Virus record (IMG/VR): IMGVR_UViG_3300036762_000065 | Span: 32,001-96,000 of that record | DNA from: a virus | Taxonomy: Duplodnaviria; Caudoviricetes | Reading direction: 5' to 3' (one strand) | Length of the DNA: 64,000 nt | Shown here: positions 42,260 through 52,530 of the stretch, one piece after another | How positions within the stretch are numbered: position 1 is the stretch's first letter | Layout of the letters: every line of letters starts with the position of its first letter | The notes under the pieces: model-generated | Told to the model about the DNA's origin: nothing | Seen by the model: only the letters and a program-made list of their open reading frames with translations | The model's database searches: none | Made by a program: the position numbers and the translations under genes

Positions 42260-44950
42260 ATGGATACACTAAAGTTCAATCCTATTACAGAAGTACCTAC
42301 GTCTGACATTGTTATTTCTGAAACTATTATTGTTTCTGGTCTACCTGGTCCGACAACTGTAACAGCTTTTGATGTTAATGTAGGCTTAGCTGACGGGGCT
42401 TCAAACACTTCCACAACTACTATAGCTGCCGCCACTTCAGATACAGTACCTTACACTATAACTGCAAACGGTAATGAAGTCGGGTATGAGGCATACAAAG
42501 CACTAGACGGAGACGAATCAACAACTTCTTGGTCTTGGTTAGGTGCTGCAGGTGATGTAAATGCATCGGCATATCTGCATATTGATTTAGGTAGACCTAG
42601 ACTTATAAATAAATACAGACTAAAAGGTGCAGGTTCTCCTGAAATATCAGGTCCGCAAAACTGGACTCTGTACGGTAGTAATAACAACAGTACGTGGGTA
42701 GAATTGCATGTCCGTGCTAATGGCAGTCCTTTGGCAAATACGTTTACACCTTATTTTACTTATGCGACTCCTATAGTTGGCTATCAATTTTTAAAACTAG
42801 AGATAACCAAACATGGTACTGCGGGCGTTACTATACATGAATTGCAGCTTATTGAGGACACTGCTGCGATACTTGCTGCTGCCGGGGAAGGCATTATCAT
42901 AGGACCTTATGGAATTCATAACACTTCCGTTACTCCTATAGCTCCAGCAACTTCAAATACAGTTCCTTATACTATAACAGGCGATGAGATAAATGCTCTA
43001 AATCCTAAGTGGAAAGTGTTTGACGGCAATAGTGGACAGGATATGTGGGCAGCATATCCGGCTGATCCTGTTTTGAGAGAGCCTATAGATTTAACTATTG
43101 ATTTAATAACTCCTCGTGTTATTAATAAATACAGGGTTAGAGGATATCCCGTACTTCAACCTGCCTACCCAGTATACGAGTGGTCTCTATTCGGCAGTGT
43201 CGATGGCATTACGTGGATACAGGTTCACACTCATAGAAAAGAGTCTTATTATTACCATGAGTGGAGCCCTTATTTTACTTTTGCTGCACCGGAAGCAGGC
43301 TTTAGATATTTTAAAATATCATGCTTGGACTACGGTATTGAAGGAGCTTCTTTCAACGAGATAGAATTGATTGAACATACTTCTTTCACTGCGGAAGATT
43401 ACAGCCCTCAAATTCTTATTGTAAATGGATTAGAGGCCGGGGCAAACGCTGTTGTAAATAACGGGGATACGTTGGCAATAAGAACAACCGCGTCCTCTAT
43501 TCCTCATACCTCTGTATTTACAGCGATTGATTTTTTAAACTATAAGAAAACTATTCTTGCTGTACAAACAGATAGTGTCGATCAATTAGGTACGGATCCT
43601 GCATTACTATACAGCTTACCGTTTGAATTCACTTATGCTAATGTAGCGCCAGCTAATCAACTACTTGTAATAGACAATCCGTTAACTCAAAACAACGTAG
43701 GATCGGCGTTCTCGATAGTAGATAATTATAGTCCTGGCGGAGGCACATTTAATAACAGTCAACCTTACGTGTTTGTAGCTGATTACTTCGGCAATAAAAT
43801 ACACAGGATTGACGTTGTTACAAACCTTGTTGTACAGACTATAAACGTAACTTCTCCTTACGCGATTAGCAGTACACCAATTTCCGCACCAACAGCTACA
43901 GAAATTACACACACTGTTGTTGCTTGTCCTGATACGAATAGAGTTAACATTTACACAGGTGAAACCCATGTACTTATGCACTCAGTTGTTGTTGGGAATA
44001 AACCTGTCGCAGTATTAGGAGCTCCTACAACAACCGTAGGAGATTTTAGTTTCTATGTTGCCTGTTTCGATGACGATACTGTTGAGTTTTGGACAAGTGT
44101 ACAAGGAGCTATGCCTACAAAGACAAAGACCTACACATTTGCAGTTAATTCAGGACCTGCGTTCTTAACATTGACAGATACTCTTGTTTGGGTATCATTA
44201 GTGAAAAGCAGTGAGGTATGTAGTTGTGTGGTTGCATCCGCTACTGTAAATACACCTATAGCCATGGCTGCTGTGCCTTGGAGCATAGTGTGTAGTGAAA
44301 CTCACAGTTACGTTGCGCTGCCTTCTGCAAGTAAAGTAGCGGCTATCCAAATAGATAATAGTGCTGTTGTAAATATTAATGTAGCGGATGAACCTTCATT
44401 CTTATTGCTATTAGATGCGTCTTTGTTTGTATTGGCTTTCAGTAGCGGTGAAATCAATAGGTATGATATAACTACACCTACAACACTAACGTATAGTGCT
44501 ACTTGGACAGGTCGAAGATTAGGAATGTCGTTTACTGCAAACAGTGATAACACCAAACTGTACGTAGCAAATCTATATGAAGATAGTCCTAACAGATGGA
44601 TAACATTCGACAAAGACCCTGATAATTTTGATTTAACTGACCTTACGAATCAAATTGCAGACACGGAAGTTATTTCAAACACTGTTGTTATAAGTGGTAT
44701 AACCGATACAGCACCTATGGCAATACCTGATATATTCGGACTACGGATAATTAAGAACGGTCTTGGTGTAGGTACAGAAACAACAATAGTTAACGGTGAT
44801 ACTATACGTATAGCTGTTACTACTCCACTAGCTAACGGACCTATAAGTGTTCCAATTATGTTTGATACATTTTGGGAAATCTGGGAAGTTGGTATAGACG
44901 GAGCTTTGTTGTCGAGAACTAGAGTTAGCGGCTATTTAGGCGGTGGTTAA
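42260..44950 (+). CDS. Receptor-binding/fibre protein with two discoidin (F5/8 type C)-like domains and a YVTN-like beta-propeller
   Basis: AYKALDG...W...IDLG...INKYR...WTLYGSNN..W...ELQL occurs twice; propeller repeats (VVVGNKPVAV, INVADEPS). Confidence 0.7.
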   Translation: MDTLKFNPITEVPTSDIVISETIIVSGLPGPTTVTAFDVNVGLADGASNTSTTTIAAATSDTVPYTITANGNEVGYEAYKALDGDESTTSWSWLGAAGDVNASAYLHIDLGRPRLINKYRLKGAGSPEISGPQNWTLYGSNNNSTWVELHVRANGSPLANTFTPYFTYATPIVGYQFLKLEITKHGTAGVTIHELQLIEDTAAILAAAGEGIIIGPYGIHNTSVTPIAPATSNTVPYTITGDEINALNPKWKVFDGNSGQDMWAAYPADPVLREPIDLTIDLITPRVINKYRVRGYPVLQPAYPVYEWSLFGSVDGITWIQVHTHRKESYYYHEWSPYFTFAAPEAGFRYFKISCLDYGIEGASFNEIELIEHTSFTAEDYSPQILIVNGLEAGANAVVNNGDTLAIRTTASSIPHTSVFTAIDFLNYKKTILAVQTDSVDQLGTDPALLYSLPFEFTYANVAPANQLLVIDNPLTQNNVGSAFSIVDNYSPGGGTFNNSQPYVFVADYFGNKIHRIDVVTNLVVQTINVTSPYAISSTPISAPTATEITHTVVACPDTNRVNIYTGETHVLMHSVVVGNKPVAVLGAPTTTVGDFSFYVACFDDDTVEFWTSVQGAMPTKTKTYTFAVNSGPAFLTLTDTLVWVSLVKSSEVCSCVVASATVNTPIAMAAVPWSIVCSETHSYVALPSASKVAAIQIDNSAVVNINVADEPSFLLLLDASLFVLAFSSGEINRYDITTPTTLTYSATWTGRRLGMSFTANSDNTKLYVANLYEDSPNRWITFDKDPDNFDLTDLTNQIADTEVISNTVVISGITDTAPMAIPDIFGLRIIKNGLGVGTETTIVNGDTIRIAVTTPLANGPISVPIMFDTFWEIWEVGIDGALLSRTRVSGYLGGG

Positions 44951-44976
44951 ATAATTGATTTCATTTGGAGTTTTAC

Positions 44977-46395
44977 ATGTCCAATAAATTTATAGTAGAA
45001 GCTGCTGTAGAGTTCGATCCTGCTGATTATATTTGGCGCAGATACAAAGGAACTCGGCGTAAGACCTACAAGAAAAAACACCACATACACGACGTTGTGT
45101 TAGAGGATGGTGATATTTACGGAATAAGGCAGACTAGAAGTAGAACTCCTAGTTATCAAATGCGATTATTGAAAGAGCAAAACATACCTTACAGGAATTT
45201 CACTCAAAAAGAAATTGAAGCACTAGATAAAGTCAGTAGGGCGTATACCGGCAAGATTATTGTTGAAGGTGTACAAGAAGGCAGACAAAGAAGAAACCGT
45301 AAATTAACACCTGAGTCTATTACAGAACCTAACCGACTCAAAGATGTTATGTTTACTCCTAGAAAGGTGCCAAAAGAGACACTTGTAGTAGACAAGTCTT
45401 ACTACCAATGGCGTAAGATGTCGTCTGGAAGTACCCCTATCAAAATAACAGCAAAGAAGAGCGGTAAAGTAATATGTGTTATCAGTGCAGGTGATATAGT
45501 CGGGTTACGTTTTGTCAAACCTTCCTTTGGCGGCTATATAATACTACCGGACGGGCAGAGAAGGCAGATTCATTCTGATACGTATGCTGCGATTATAGAA
45601 GCAGCTAAGATCCTTCCTACAAGATACCAAAGAACTGGTTTAATTGATGTTAAAGAAGTCAAACAGGTTGTCAAGAAAGAAGACAAGGTTAAGCCTGTTA
45701 AGATAAATATTGTTACCAAACCTGTTTTGAAAGTGCCTGTAGAAGAAGCACCTATAAAACGTAAGTACGATATAGATGAGGATGAGATTGACATACTCGA
45801 ACAGGTTAAAAAGACACACCGTGCTGTTCGTAGTGTACGTAGACAAATTGCCAAAGAAGCTCCTGAAATTTTCGATGCACCTGATGAGTTTGAAGAAGAA
45901 GATGAGGATTCGGTTGCACCGGTAGCAGAGGACAATGAGTTTGACGACAACTGGTTAGACGGTGACGACGATGATGATTTTGAAGAAGAAGAGCCTTCTA
46001 CTGATGAACCTGATGACGATGAACCTGACAGTGAAGAAGGTGCTCCAGGTGAAGATGAGCCTGAGGATGACGATGATTTAGAGGCATTAGTTGATTCTAT
46101 AGCACAAGGTGATGTTGTTAGATTTAAACAAGCTCCTGCCAAAGAGTTTATTTTCTTGCATGAAGAACCGTTAGAACGTAATCCAAATATTGTTGAATTA
46201 TTTTTCCACGAGCGTACAAAGAACGATGATGATACTATGTACAGAGTTCGTGTAAACACAAAATACACTATGAGAGATTTCAAACAAGACGGCGCGGAAA
46301 TAATAGAAACAATTGACGATGATGAGGAGCTGAAGGAATTGCAAAATGCAGTTGACTTGGCTGATATTAAACCAATGTCTTTCTTTAAAGGGTAA
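44977..46395 (+). CDS. Hypothetical virion protein with two W..Y.G/GD..G domains and an acidic tract
   Basis: ATG 44977 follows TTGGAG; basic N-half, D/E-rich linker. Confidence 0.55.
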   Translation: MSNKFIVEAAVEFDPADYIWRRYKGTRRKTYKKKHHIHDVVLEDGDIYGIRQTRSRTPSYQMRLLKEQNIPYRNFTQKEIEALDKVSRAYTGKIIVEGVQEGRQRRNRKLTPESITEPNRLKDVMFTPRKVPKETLVVDKSYYQWRKMSSGSTPIKITAKKSGKVICVISAGDIVGLRFVKPSFGGYIILPDGQRRQIHSDTYAAIIEAAKILPTRYQRTGLIDVKEVKQVVKKEDKVKPVKINIVTKPVLKVPVEEAPIKRKYDIDEDEIDILEQVKKTHRAVRSVRRQIAKEAPEIFDAPDEFEEEDEDSVAPVAEDNEFDDNWLDGDDDDDFEEEEPSTDEPDDDEPDSEEGAPGEDEPEDDDDLEALVDSIAQGDVVRFKQAPAKEFIFLHEEPLERNPNIVELFFHERTKNDDDTMYRVRVNTKYTMRDFKQDGAEIIETIDDDEELKELQNAVDLADIKPMSFFKG

Positions 46396-46421
46396 TATTA
46401 TCATGGACATCATTTAAGTTA

Positions 46422-46430
46422 CTGTAAATA
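46422..46430 (+). promoter_or_regulatory. Promoter motif A (CTGTAAATA)
   Basis: Intergenic, ~30 nt upstream of the ligase start. Confidence 0.55.
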
Positions 46431-46458
46431 CGTATAAACACAACATCGGTCCAATAAA

Positions 46459-48450
46459 ATGTCTAAACCTACACTACCAACAAACGTTTCTTTACGTAAA
46501 CTTAAACTTAATGACTCCAACGAGATTAACGACTACCTTGAAACTTTAAATCGTATACAGGTAATAGGGTTAGCAGAATACCTCGACTATAACTACCACA
46601 CTCTTAATAAGAGTCTTGTAAGTGATGAAGCATATGATATAGTACGCGATCATATTACTGCTAAATGGCCTAAGTCCCTCTATCTAAAGAGGGTAGGACA
46701 CGCTGTTGTAAAGCGTAAAGGAGTTGTTGAAGTACAGTTACCTGTTCCTATGCCTAGTATGGACAAGATAAAATCTGGCAACGGAAGCGTTGCCAAGTTT
46801 ACTAACAATGCTAGAGGCACGTATGTAGTAAGTGACAAACTAGACGGTATAAGTTTAGAGCTTATGTACACAAACGGGGTGTTGACAAATGCGTATACTA
46901 GAGGTAACGGCATCAAAGGTCAGGACGTTAGCGGAGTTATAGCTGCGTTAGACTGCCCTAAGAAAATAGCTATTCGTAGTACGTTTATTGTACGCTTGGA
47001 GTTTCTTGTGCCGACAAAACACTTCAATGAGAACTACAGTAAGCACGAAGGTAAAGGAGACTTCGCTACAGGCAGAAACATGGGAGGAGGTCTACTATTA
47101 CGTAATGAACCTAGCGCAAGAGTAAAATCTTTCCACTGCGTAGCTTATGGTATAGTAGGAGGTAAAGGCTCTAGTGATCCTATATCTAAGCAATTAGCTA
47201 CATTAAAGCAGTTGAAGTTTCGTGTAGTCGCGTTTAAGAGAATAAGCGGTATATTGGACGATGCTAGGCTCACTAAGATTCACGACCTACGAAAGAAAAA
47301 GTCTATATACGATATAGATGGTATAATCGTTGCCAAGGACATAGCCGCTGCTCCTACTAGATCGAATCCTAAACACGCTAAAGCATTCAAAATAAACAGT
47401 ATAGCCAATTCTAAAGTTGTTTCTATTACTAAAATCGAATGGCGTAAAAGTAGGCACGGTAAATGGATTCCTCGCATACACATTGACCCTATAATTCTCG
47501 GAGGTGTTGAAGTACAGCACTTAACAGGACATAATGCTTACTATATAACTCACGGATTTAAGTATCAAGACAGAGCTAAAGGATTACCAGTTCGTCCTAT
47601 GAATGTAGGTACACAGATTCGCGTTATACGATCTGGTGATGTTATTCCTTATATTATGGAAGTAGTCAAACCTTCTCGAACAGCATCCGTTCCAAGTTCT
47701 CCTTATACACAAGACCCAAATGGCGTACACTATCTGACAGGTAACTTAGAAAACGATGAAGACGTAGTGTTAAAGAACATCATTCACTTCTTTAATGCTA
47801 TGGAAATAGAAGGAGTTAAAACAGGGGTTGTCAGTAAGTTAAGGGCCGCAGGATACCGCACTATAAAGAGTATTATAAACGCTAGTGCTTCTGACTTCAT
47901 GGAGATTGAAGGCTTCCAACAACGTAGTGCAGTAAACCTTGAGAAGAGTATACAAAAAGGACTTAAAGAAGCAAACTTTGTACGTACAGCAAGTGCTAGT
48001 TGTGTCTTCGGAGATAAGATAGGAACTAGAAAGTTACAAGAGCTTATAGATCACTACCCTAACATAATGGACATGGCGAAACTGCCTAAAGAAGAGTTAG
48101 CTACAAGAATAAGGGAAGTCCGTATGTTTGCCAACCTGTCTGATAAAATAGCAGAAGGACTTCCGAAGCTTGTTAAGTTTGTTGCTGCGCACGGTATAGT
48201 TATAAAGAGAGATAAAGGACCAGAATCTACTAAATTAGCCTCTCTGAGTGTGTTGTTCACTTCTGTACGAGATGCTGATCTTGCAAAACATATAAAAAAC
48301 AATGGAGGAAAATTAGCAGGTACAGTAAAACAAGCTAATTTACTCATAACAAAAGAAGGAGCTTCTAACAATAAAACCGAACAAGCTGCTGAATTAGGAA
48401 TACCTGTAATGACCGTAGACCAGTTTAAACGTAAGTATAAAATAAGGTAA
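46459..48450 (+). CDS. ligA: NAD-dependent DNA ligase
   Basis: YNYH...SDEAYD (domain Ia); KLDG; TRGNG; DIDGIIV; AFK; RSGDVIP; HhH repeats; C-terminal BRCT. Confidence 0.93.
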   Translation: MSKPTLPTNVSLRKLKLNDSNEINDYLETLNRIQVIGLAEYLDYNYHTLNKSLVSDEAYDIVRDHITAKWPKSLYLKRVGHAVVKRKGVVEVQLPVPMPSMDKIKSGNGSVAKFTNNARGTYVVSDKLDGISLELMYTNGVLTNAYTRGNGIKGQDVSGVIAALDCPKKIAIRSTFIVRLEFLVPTKHFNENYSKHEGKGDFATGRNMGGGLLLRNEPSARVKSFHCVAYGIVGGKGSSDPISKQLATLKQLKFRVVAFKRISGILDDARLTKIHDLRKKKSIYDIDGIIVAKDIAAAPTRSNPKHAKAFKINSIANSKVVSITKIEWRKSRHGKWIPRIHIDPIILGGVEVQHLTGHNAYYITHGFKYQDRAKGLPVRPMNVGTQIRVIRSGDVIPYIMEVVKPSRTASVPSSPYTQDPNGVHYLTGNLENDEDVVLKNIIHFFNAMEIEGVKTGVVSKLRAAGYRTIKSIINASASDFMEIEGFQQRSAVNLEKSIQKGLKEANFVRTASASCVFGDKIGTRKLQELIDHYPNIMDMAKLPKEELATRIREVRMFANLSDKIAEGLPKLVKFVAAHGIVIKRDKGPESTKLASLSVLFTSVRDADLAKHIKNNGGKLAGTVKQANLLITKEGASNNKTEQAAELGIPVMTVDQFKRKYKIR

Positions 48451-48454
48451 GACT

Positions 48455-49345
48455 ATGATACTGCAAAAAAATGTAACCGATATAAACAACGCTATTCGGA
48501 ATCTAACTAAGCTGCATATCCAAGAACGGTTGCAAGATACGTTGGACATACCACCGCTTTCTGAGACTGCAAAGCAGATTATCAGTTTACGCACAAGCCC
48601 AAGTGCTTCTGTAGAGAAGCTTAGTGCCATTGTTGAGATGGACCCGAGTTTAAGCGCACAAATAATAGGATGGGCTTCCAGTGCATACTATGCTGCTCCT
48701 GGAAAGATAAATTCTGTACACGATGCTATTGTTCGTGTTCTAGGTTACGACTTTGTATTGAACATTGCAAGCGGTATTGCTATAGGAGGTTCTTTACGTG
48801 TAGCAAACCAAAAAGAATATTGGTTGAAAGCTGTGTGGACAGCTACACTGGCCGATAAACTAGGTACTATTATTTGTCGTACGGACAAGGATTTCGATAA
48901 GAGTGTGTGTTATTTGGCGGGACTGTTGCACAACTTCGGATACCTTATTGTTTGTCATGTGTTTACAGCATACGCAAACTCCATTCAAGACAGAATGAGT
49001 CTAAGTGGAGAGGATAGGGAAACTATTGAGCAAGATATTCTTGGCGTAACAGGCAACCAACTAAGTAGTTCTTTATTGCACGAGTGGGGATTGCCTGAAG
49101 TAGTAACTTTAAGCATAGCTCACCAGAACGATCCGCTATATGTTAACGGGTATAGTACTATAAGCAGGTTATTGAATGTCAGTGTGCAAATACTGAAAGA
49201 ACGTGGACTATACGAAGGAGAGTCCTGTGATTACTCCGAACTACTGGAACAATTAAATATAGATAGAGAAAGTGTAGATAAGATAATGGAATCTCTGCTT
49301 GAAAAGGCCGAAGGTATTAATAAAATCGCAAACGATATGATATAG
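48455..49345 (+). CDS. HDOD domain protein (host-like)
   Basis: IPPLSETA...VEMDPSLSAQII.WASS.YY...SVHDAIVRVLG...YLAGLLHNFGYL...WGLP...IAHQN. Confidence 0.88.
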   Translation: MILQKNVTDINNAIRNLTKLHIQERLQDTLDIPPLSETAKQIISLRTSPSASVEKLSAIVEMDPSLSAQIIGWASSAYYAAPGKINSVHDAIVRVLGYDFVLNIASGIAIGGSLRVANQKEYWLKAVWTATLADKLGTIICRTDKDFDKSVCYLAGLLHNFGYLIVCHVFTAYANSIQDRMSLSGEDRETIEQDILGVTGNQLSSSLLHEWGLPEVVTLSIAHQNDPLYVNGYSTISRLLNVSVQILKERGLYEGESCDYSELLEQLNIDRESVDKIMESLLEKAEGINKIANDMI

Positions 49346-49356
49346 AGGAATTAAAA

Positions 49357-49569
49357 ATGAAAGTACCAGTAAGACCGAGAAACTCAATCGAAAGCACATC
49401 GAGCGCATTACAAGACCACTATCAGAAATTCTTTATGCAGAAGTTATCTAAGTACGGCGCAGACTCGCCTGCATCCTTAGACAAGGACAAGTTGTCCGAC
49501 TTGTTTGAGGAGATTAAAAAAGAATGGCCGGCAGAAAGAGCATCGTTTGAGAAAAACCAATCTGTATAA
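49357..49569 (+). CDS. Small hypothetical protein
   Basis: SD GAGG; IESTSSA near the N-terminus; YQKFF..KL.KYG..SP. Confidence 0.55.
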   Translation: MKVPVRPRNSIESTSSALQDHYQKFFMQKLSKYGADSPASLDKDKLSDLFEEIKKEWPAERASFEKNQSV

Positions 49570-49584
49570 TTAGCGGAATAAATT

Positions 49585-50715
49585 ATGAGTAAGGTAGCAA
49601 TATACACAATTGCAAAAAACGAATCCAAACATGTTGATCGCTGGTATGAAAGTGCTAAAAGTGCTGACGGTATTTTTGTACTTGATACAGGAAGCACTGA
49701 TAATACTTTGGAGTGTTTGGCAAAACATAAGGATATAACTGTATTCACTGCTGAATTCACACAGTTTCGTTTTGATCTTGCTCGTAATTTTATTCTTAAT
49801 CAAATACCGGAAGACTATGACTGGTGTGTATTTTTAGACATGGATGAAGTGTTTGAAGAAAATTGGCGCGAGTTATTGGAAGAAGAGATTACAACAAATA
49901 CCACAGCTACCTGTTTCAACGTGTTTTTTGTTTATTCACGTACACCTGATGGGTCTCCTGACACAACTTATATGCGAACAATGGTACACAAGAACGCATT
50001 ATATGATTGGTACTATCCTGTACACGAACTTCTTAAGTGTAAAGGAAGATCGGTCGAAATAGATACAAGTATAAAGGCATTCCATTTACCAGATGTTTCT
50101 AAGGAACGTACTCAGTATTTACCGTTGTTGGAACTCTCTGTACAAGAGAATCCAAACTCTTCAAGGGCATGTCAATACCTCGCAAGAGAGTATATGTACG
50201 ATAAACAATACCAACGTGCCCTTATGTTTTTCCAGAAACATATTAATATTGAAGACTCTCCTGTATTACGAAGTGAGTCACTTAGGTACATGGCAGAGTG
50301 CAATGTTAGTTTAAATCAAAACAAACTTGCAGAATGTTGTTATTTACGTGCTATAGCAGAAGCTCCTAGCCATAGAGAACCTTGGGGAGATTGTGCTGAT
50401 TTTTACCACAGAGTCAAAGACTACGAGTCGTGTTTAGGAATGGTTAGTGGCATGTTACGCATACATGATATGCCACTAGATTCTGTTATACGTAAAGATG
50501 CATACTATAGTTCTTGGCCTTACCATATGGGTGCTGTGTGTTACCATAACTTAAAAGCCACAGAACTAGCGGTTGAGTATATTAAAGAAGCTCACAACTT
50601 AAGTCCTAATAACCCTTATGTGCTGTCTGACTATGTTACAATAACTAAGACTTTGCCTAGTAATATCAAAATTCAAGGTGTCCGACATGAAGAAAATACA
50701 GATACAGTTGCATGA
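49585..50715 (+). CDS. Glycosyltransferase family 2 with C-terminal TPR repeats
   Basis: IAKNE; VLDTGSTD; RFDLARN; FLDMDE; VHE; TPR-like helices. Confidence 0.9.
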   Translation: MSKVAIYTIAKNESKHVDRWYESAKSADGIFVLDTGSTDNTLECLAKHKDITVFTAEFTQFRFDLARNFILNQIPEDYDWCVFLDMDEVFEENWRELLEEEITTNTTATCFNVFFVYSRTPDGSPDTTYMRTMVHKNALYDWYYPVHELLKCKGRSVEIDTSIKAFHLPDVSKERTQYLPLLELSVQENPNSSRACQYLAREYMYDKQYQRALMFFQKHINIEDSPVLRSESLRYMAECNVSLNQNKLAECCYLRAIAEAPSHREPWGDCADFYHRVKDYESCLGMVSGMLRIHDMPLDSVIRKDAYYSSWPYHMGAVCYHNLKATELAVEYIKEAHNLSPNNPYVLSDYVTITKTLPSNIKIQGVRHEENTDTVA

Positions 50716-52162
50716 GAGTACATCAAAAGGCGCACCTAGTTCCCGATATAAGCCGGCTAAGTATAAACCTACAGACGGCTCAAAAAACCTAGAACGTAAG
50801 CTGGGAGAGAAAGAATTTTTAAAGCTCGCACAGGCGCAGAAGCTTAGGTATTTAAAAGCTTTCCCTAATTCTAGTCACCGCTTTTTGATGAAAGATGCTC
50901 CTGAAAAGAACAAGCACTTTGCAATAAAGAAAAAGGCTTTCAATAAACCGAAGCAAGATATTGTTGTACATGACAATAAGTTACCTGCAACAATAAAGAT
51001 AAAGCAGCAAGAGCGAGATAGAGACCAAGCCGCTACTGAGGAACAAGAGTATAAAAAGGACTTCAAGAATTTCATTAACAGAGAGTCTGTAGGAGCTATC
51101 CAAAAATTAAATCCTAAAGATTTAATGGTTGCAGGTAACACAATACGAAATAACGTTCCTCAGATATCTACTGCGGTCTACGATGCGTTTGAAAATAAGA
51201 GCGGTATCTTTGAAGCAGGATTGAGTTCTGTGCAAAAGATATTCAACGGTGAAAAGATTGATCCTAAAGAACGCAAATCAGCTACTCAAGTTATGGCTAC
51301 AGTAGCCAAGTATGCAATGCTTGCTGCCGGTATTGCTATTCTTGCTACCGCTGCCGCTCCTGCTGCTTTCATTGTTGCTCGCATGATGCACGAAAGCTGG
51401 GGTTCTTTGGACGAAGCTAGTGGCGACAAAGCTATTAGAGACAAGAAGAGAGCGGACAAGAAAGCCGCTAAAGAAGAGATAAGACGTTTAGAGGAAGAAG
51501 CAAGAACGCCGGAAGAACGATATGAAGAAGAGAAAGCTAGAATAGCAAAACTTTTAAATAGCGGTAAATTGAGCCAAAGAGCTTTTGAAAAAGCTATGGA
51601 GAAAGTTGAAGACGATTTCGCCGCAGATAAAGAAGACTATGAAGACAACAAGCGAATGCGGGAGCGTGGAGAAATCCCTAAACGTAAACGTAAAAAGAAA
51701 GTTGAGGATTATGTAGAAGCCGCTACTTTATACGAAGCTATAGACGACCCTGTTTCCGTGACATTGAACAATTTAATTGTAGGTGTCGGAGATTTCATAA
51801 CACACATGGATTTAGATGAGTTGAAAGAAAGGGCTGGTGGCACATTTAAAGGCATGGCCTCAAACAACAGTTATATGTCTGCAATTGTACGTAATGTGTG
51901 TATACAGCATGATTGTTATTTGCCTATTCAAGATATAGGTATAGGACTGCACGGAACTTGTCACTCTAATGATATAAATAAATGGTTGTCTGATCTAAGG
52001 GATGTATTTAACGCACACGGCTATACATTTATAGAACCTGATGCTACAACTTGTACTATAAATAAAGGTAGTTTGTATAAATCGTATAGGTCGGAACTAA
52101 ACGAGACAGTTTCATTCACTTTCAATAGACAATCTCGACTGTTTGCCATAACCTATAACTAG
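50687..52162 (+). CDS. Hypothetical protein with hydrophobic Ala-rich helix; putative head/ejected protein
   Basis: Starts MKKIQIQLHESTS after AAGGTG; AMLAAGIAILATAAAPAAFIVA segment. Confidence 0.55.
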   Translation: MKKIQIQLHESTSKGAPSSRYKPAKYKPTDGSKNLERKLGEKEFLKLAQAQKLRYLKAFPNSSHRFLMKDAPEKNKHFAIKKKAFNKPKQDIVVHDNKLPATIKIKQQERDRDQAATEEQEYKKDFKNFINRESVGAIQKLNPKDLMVAGNTIRNNVPQISTAVYDAFENKSGIFEAGLSSVQKIFNGEKIDPKERKSATQVMATVAKYAMLAAGIAILATAAAPAAFIVARMMHESWGSLDEASGDKAIRDKKRADKKAAKEEIRRLEEEARTPEERYEEEKARIAKLLNSGKLSQRAFEKAMEKVEDDFAADKEDYEDNKRMRERGEIPKRKRKKKVEDYVEAATLYEAIDDPVSVTLNNLIVGVGDFITHMDLDELKERAGGTFKGMASNNSYMSAIVRNVCIQHDCYLPIQDIGIGLHGTCHSNDINKWLSDLRDVFNAHGYTFIEPDATTCTINKGSLYKSYRSELNETVSFTFNRQSRLFAITYN

Positions 52163-52170
52163 GAGACTGT

Positions 52171-52530
52171 ATGCCAAGAATTTCATATCGTTGTTTACCT
52201 AACCAACGCCATAAACCTATCGCAGAACGAACGCACTGGGACGTAATGTACGGTAAAATTAAAATAGGTTCAATATCAACAGACGGCAAAGATATATCAG
52301 AAGACAGGTCACACTCTTTACGTATATGGAAAGCTAAACTTATCACCGGATTTAATGCATTCGAGTTTCCACATGCAGATAACGATGACATTAAGGACGA
52401 GCCTTACTTTGTCACGAACGATAACGAGTTTGATGAGCACAACCTGGAACTTTTAAACCCTTTGTATATGACTATGGCTGAAGCTAGAAAGTTTATTGTA
52501 GGGGTTTTTAAAGATAAAAACATGAAGTAG
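52171..52530 (+). CDS. Hypothetical protein
   Basis: SD AGGAG. Confidence 0.55.
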   Translation: MPRISYRCLPNQRHKPIAERTHWDVMYGKIKIGSISTDGKDISEDRSHSLRIWKAKLITGFNAFEFPHADNDDIKDEPYFVTNDNEFDEHNLELLNPLYMTMAEARKFIVGVFKDKNMK

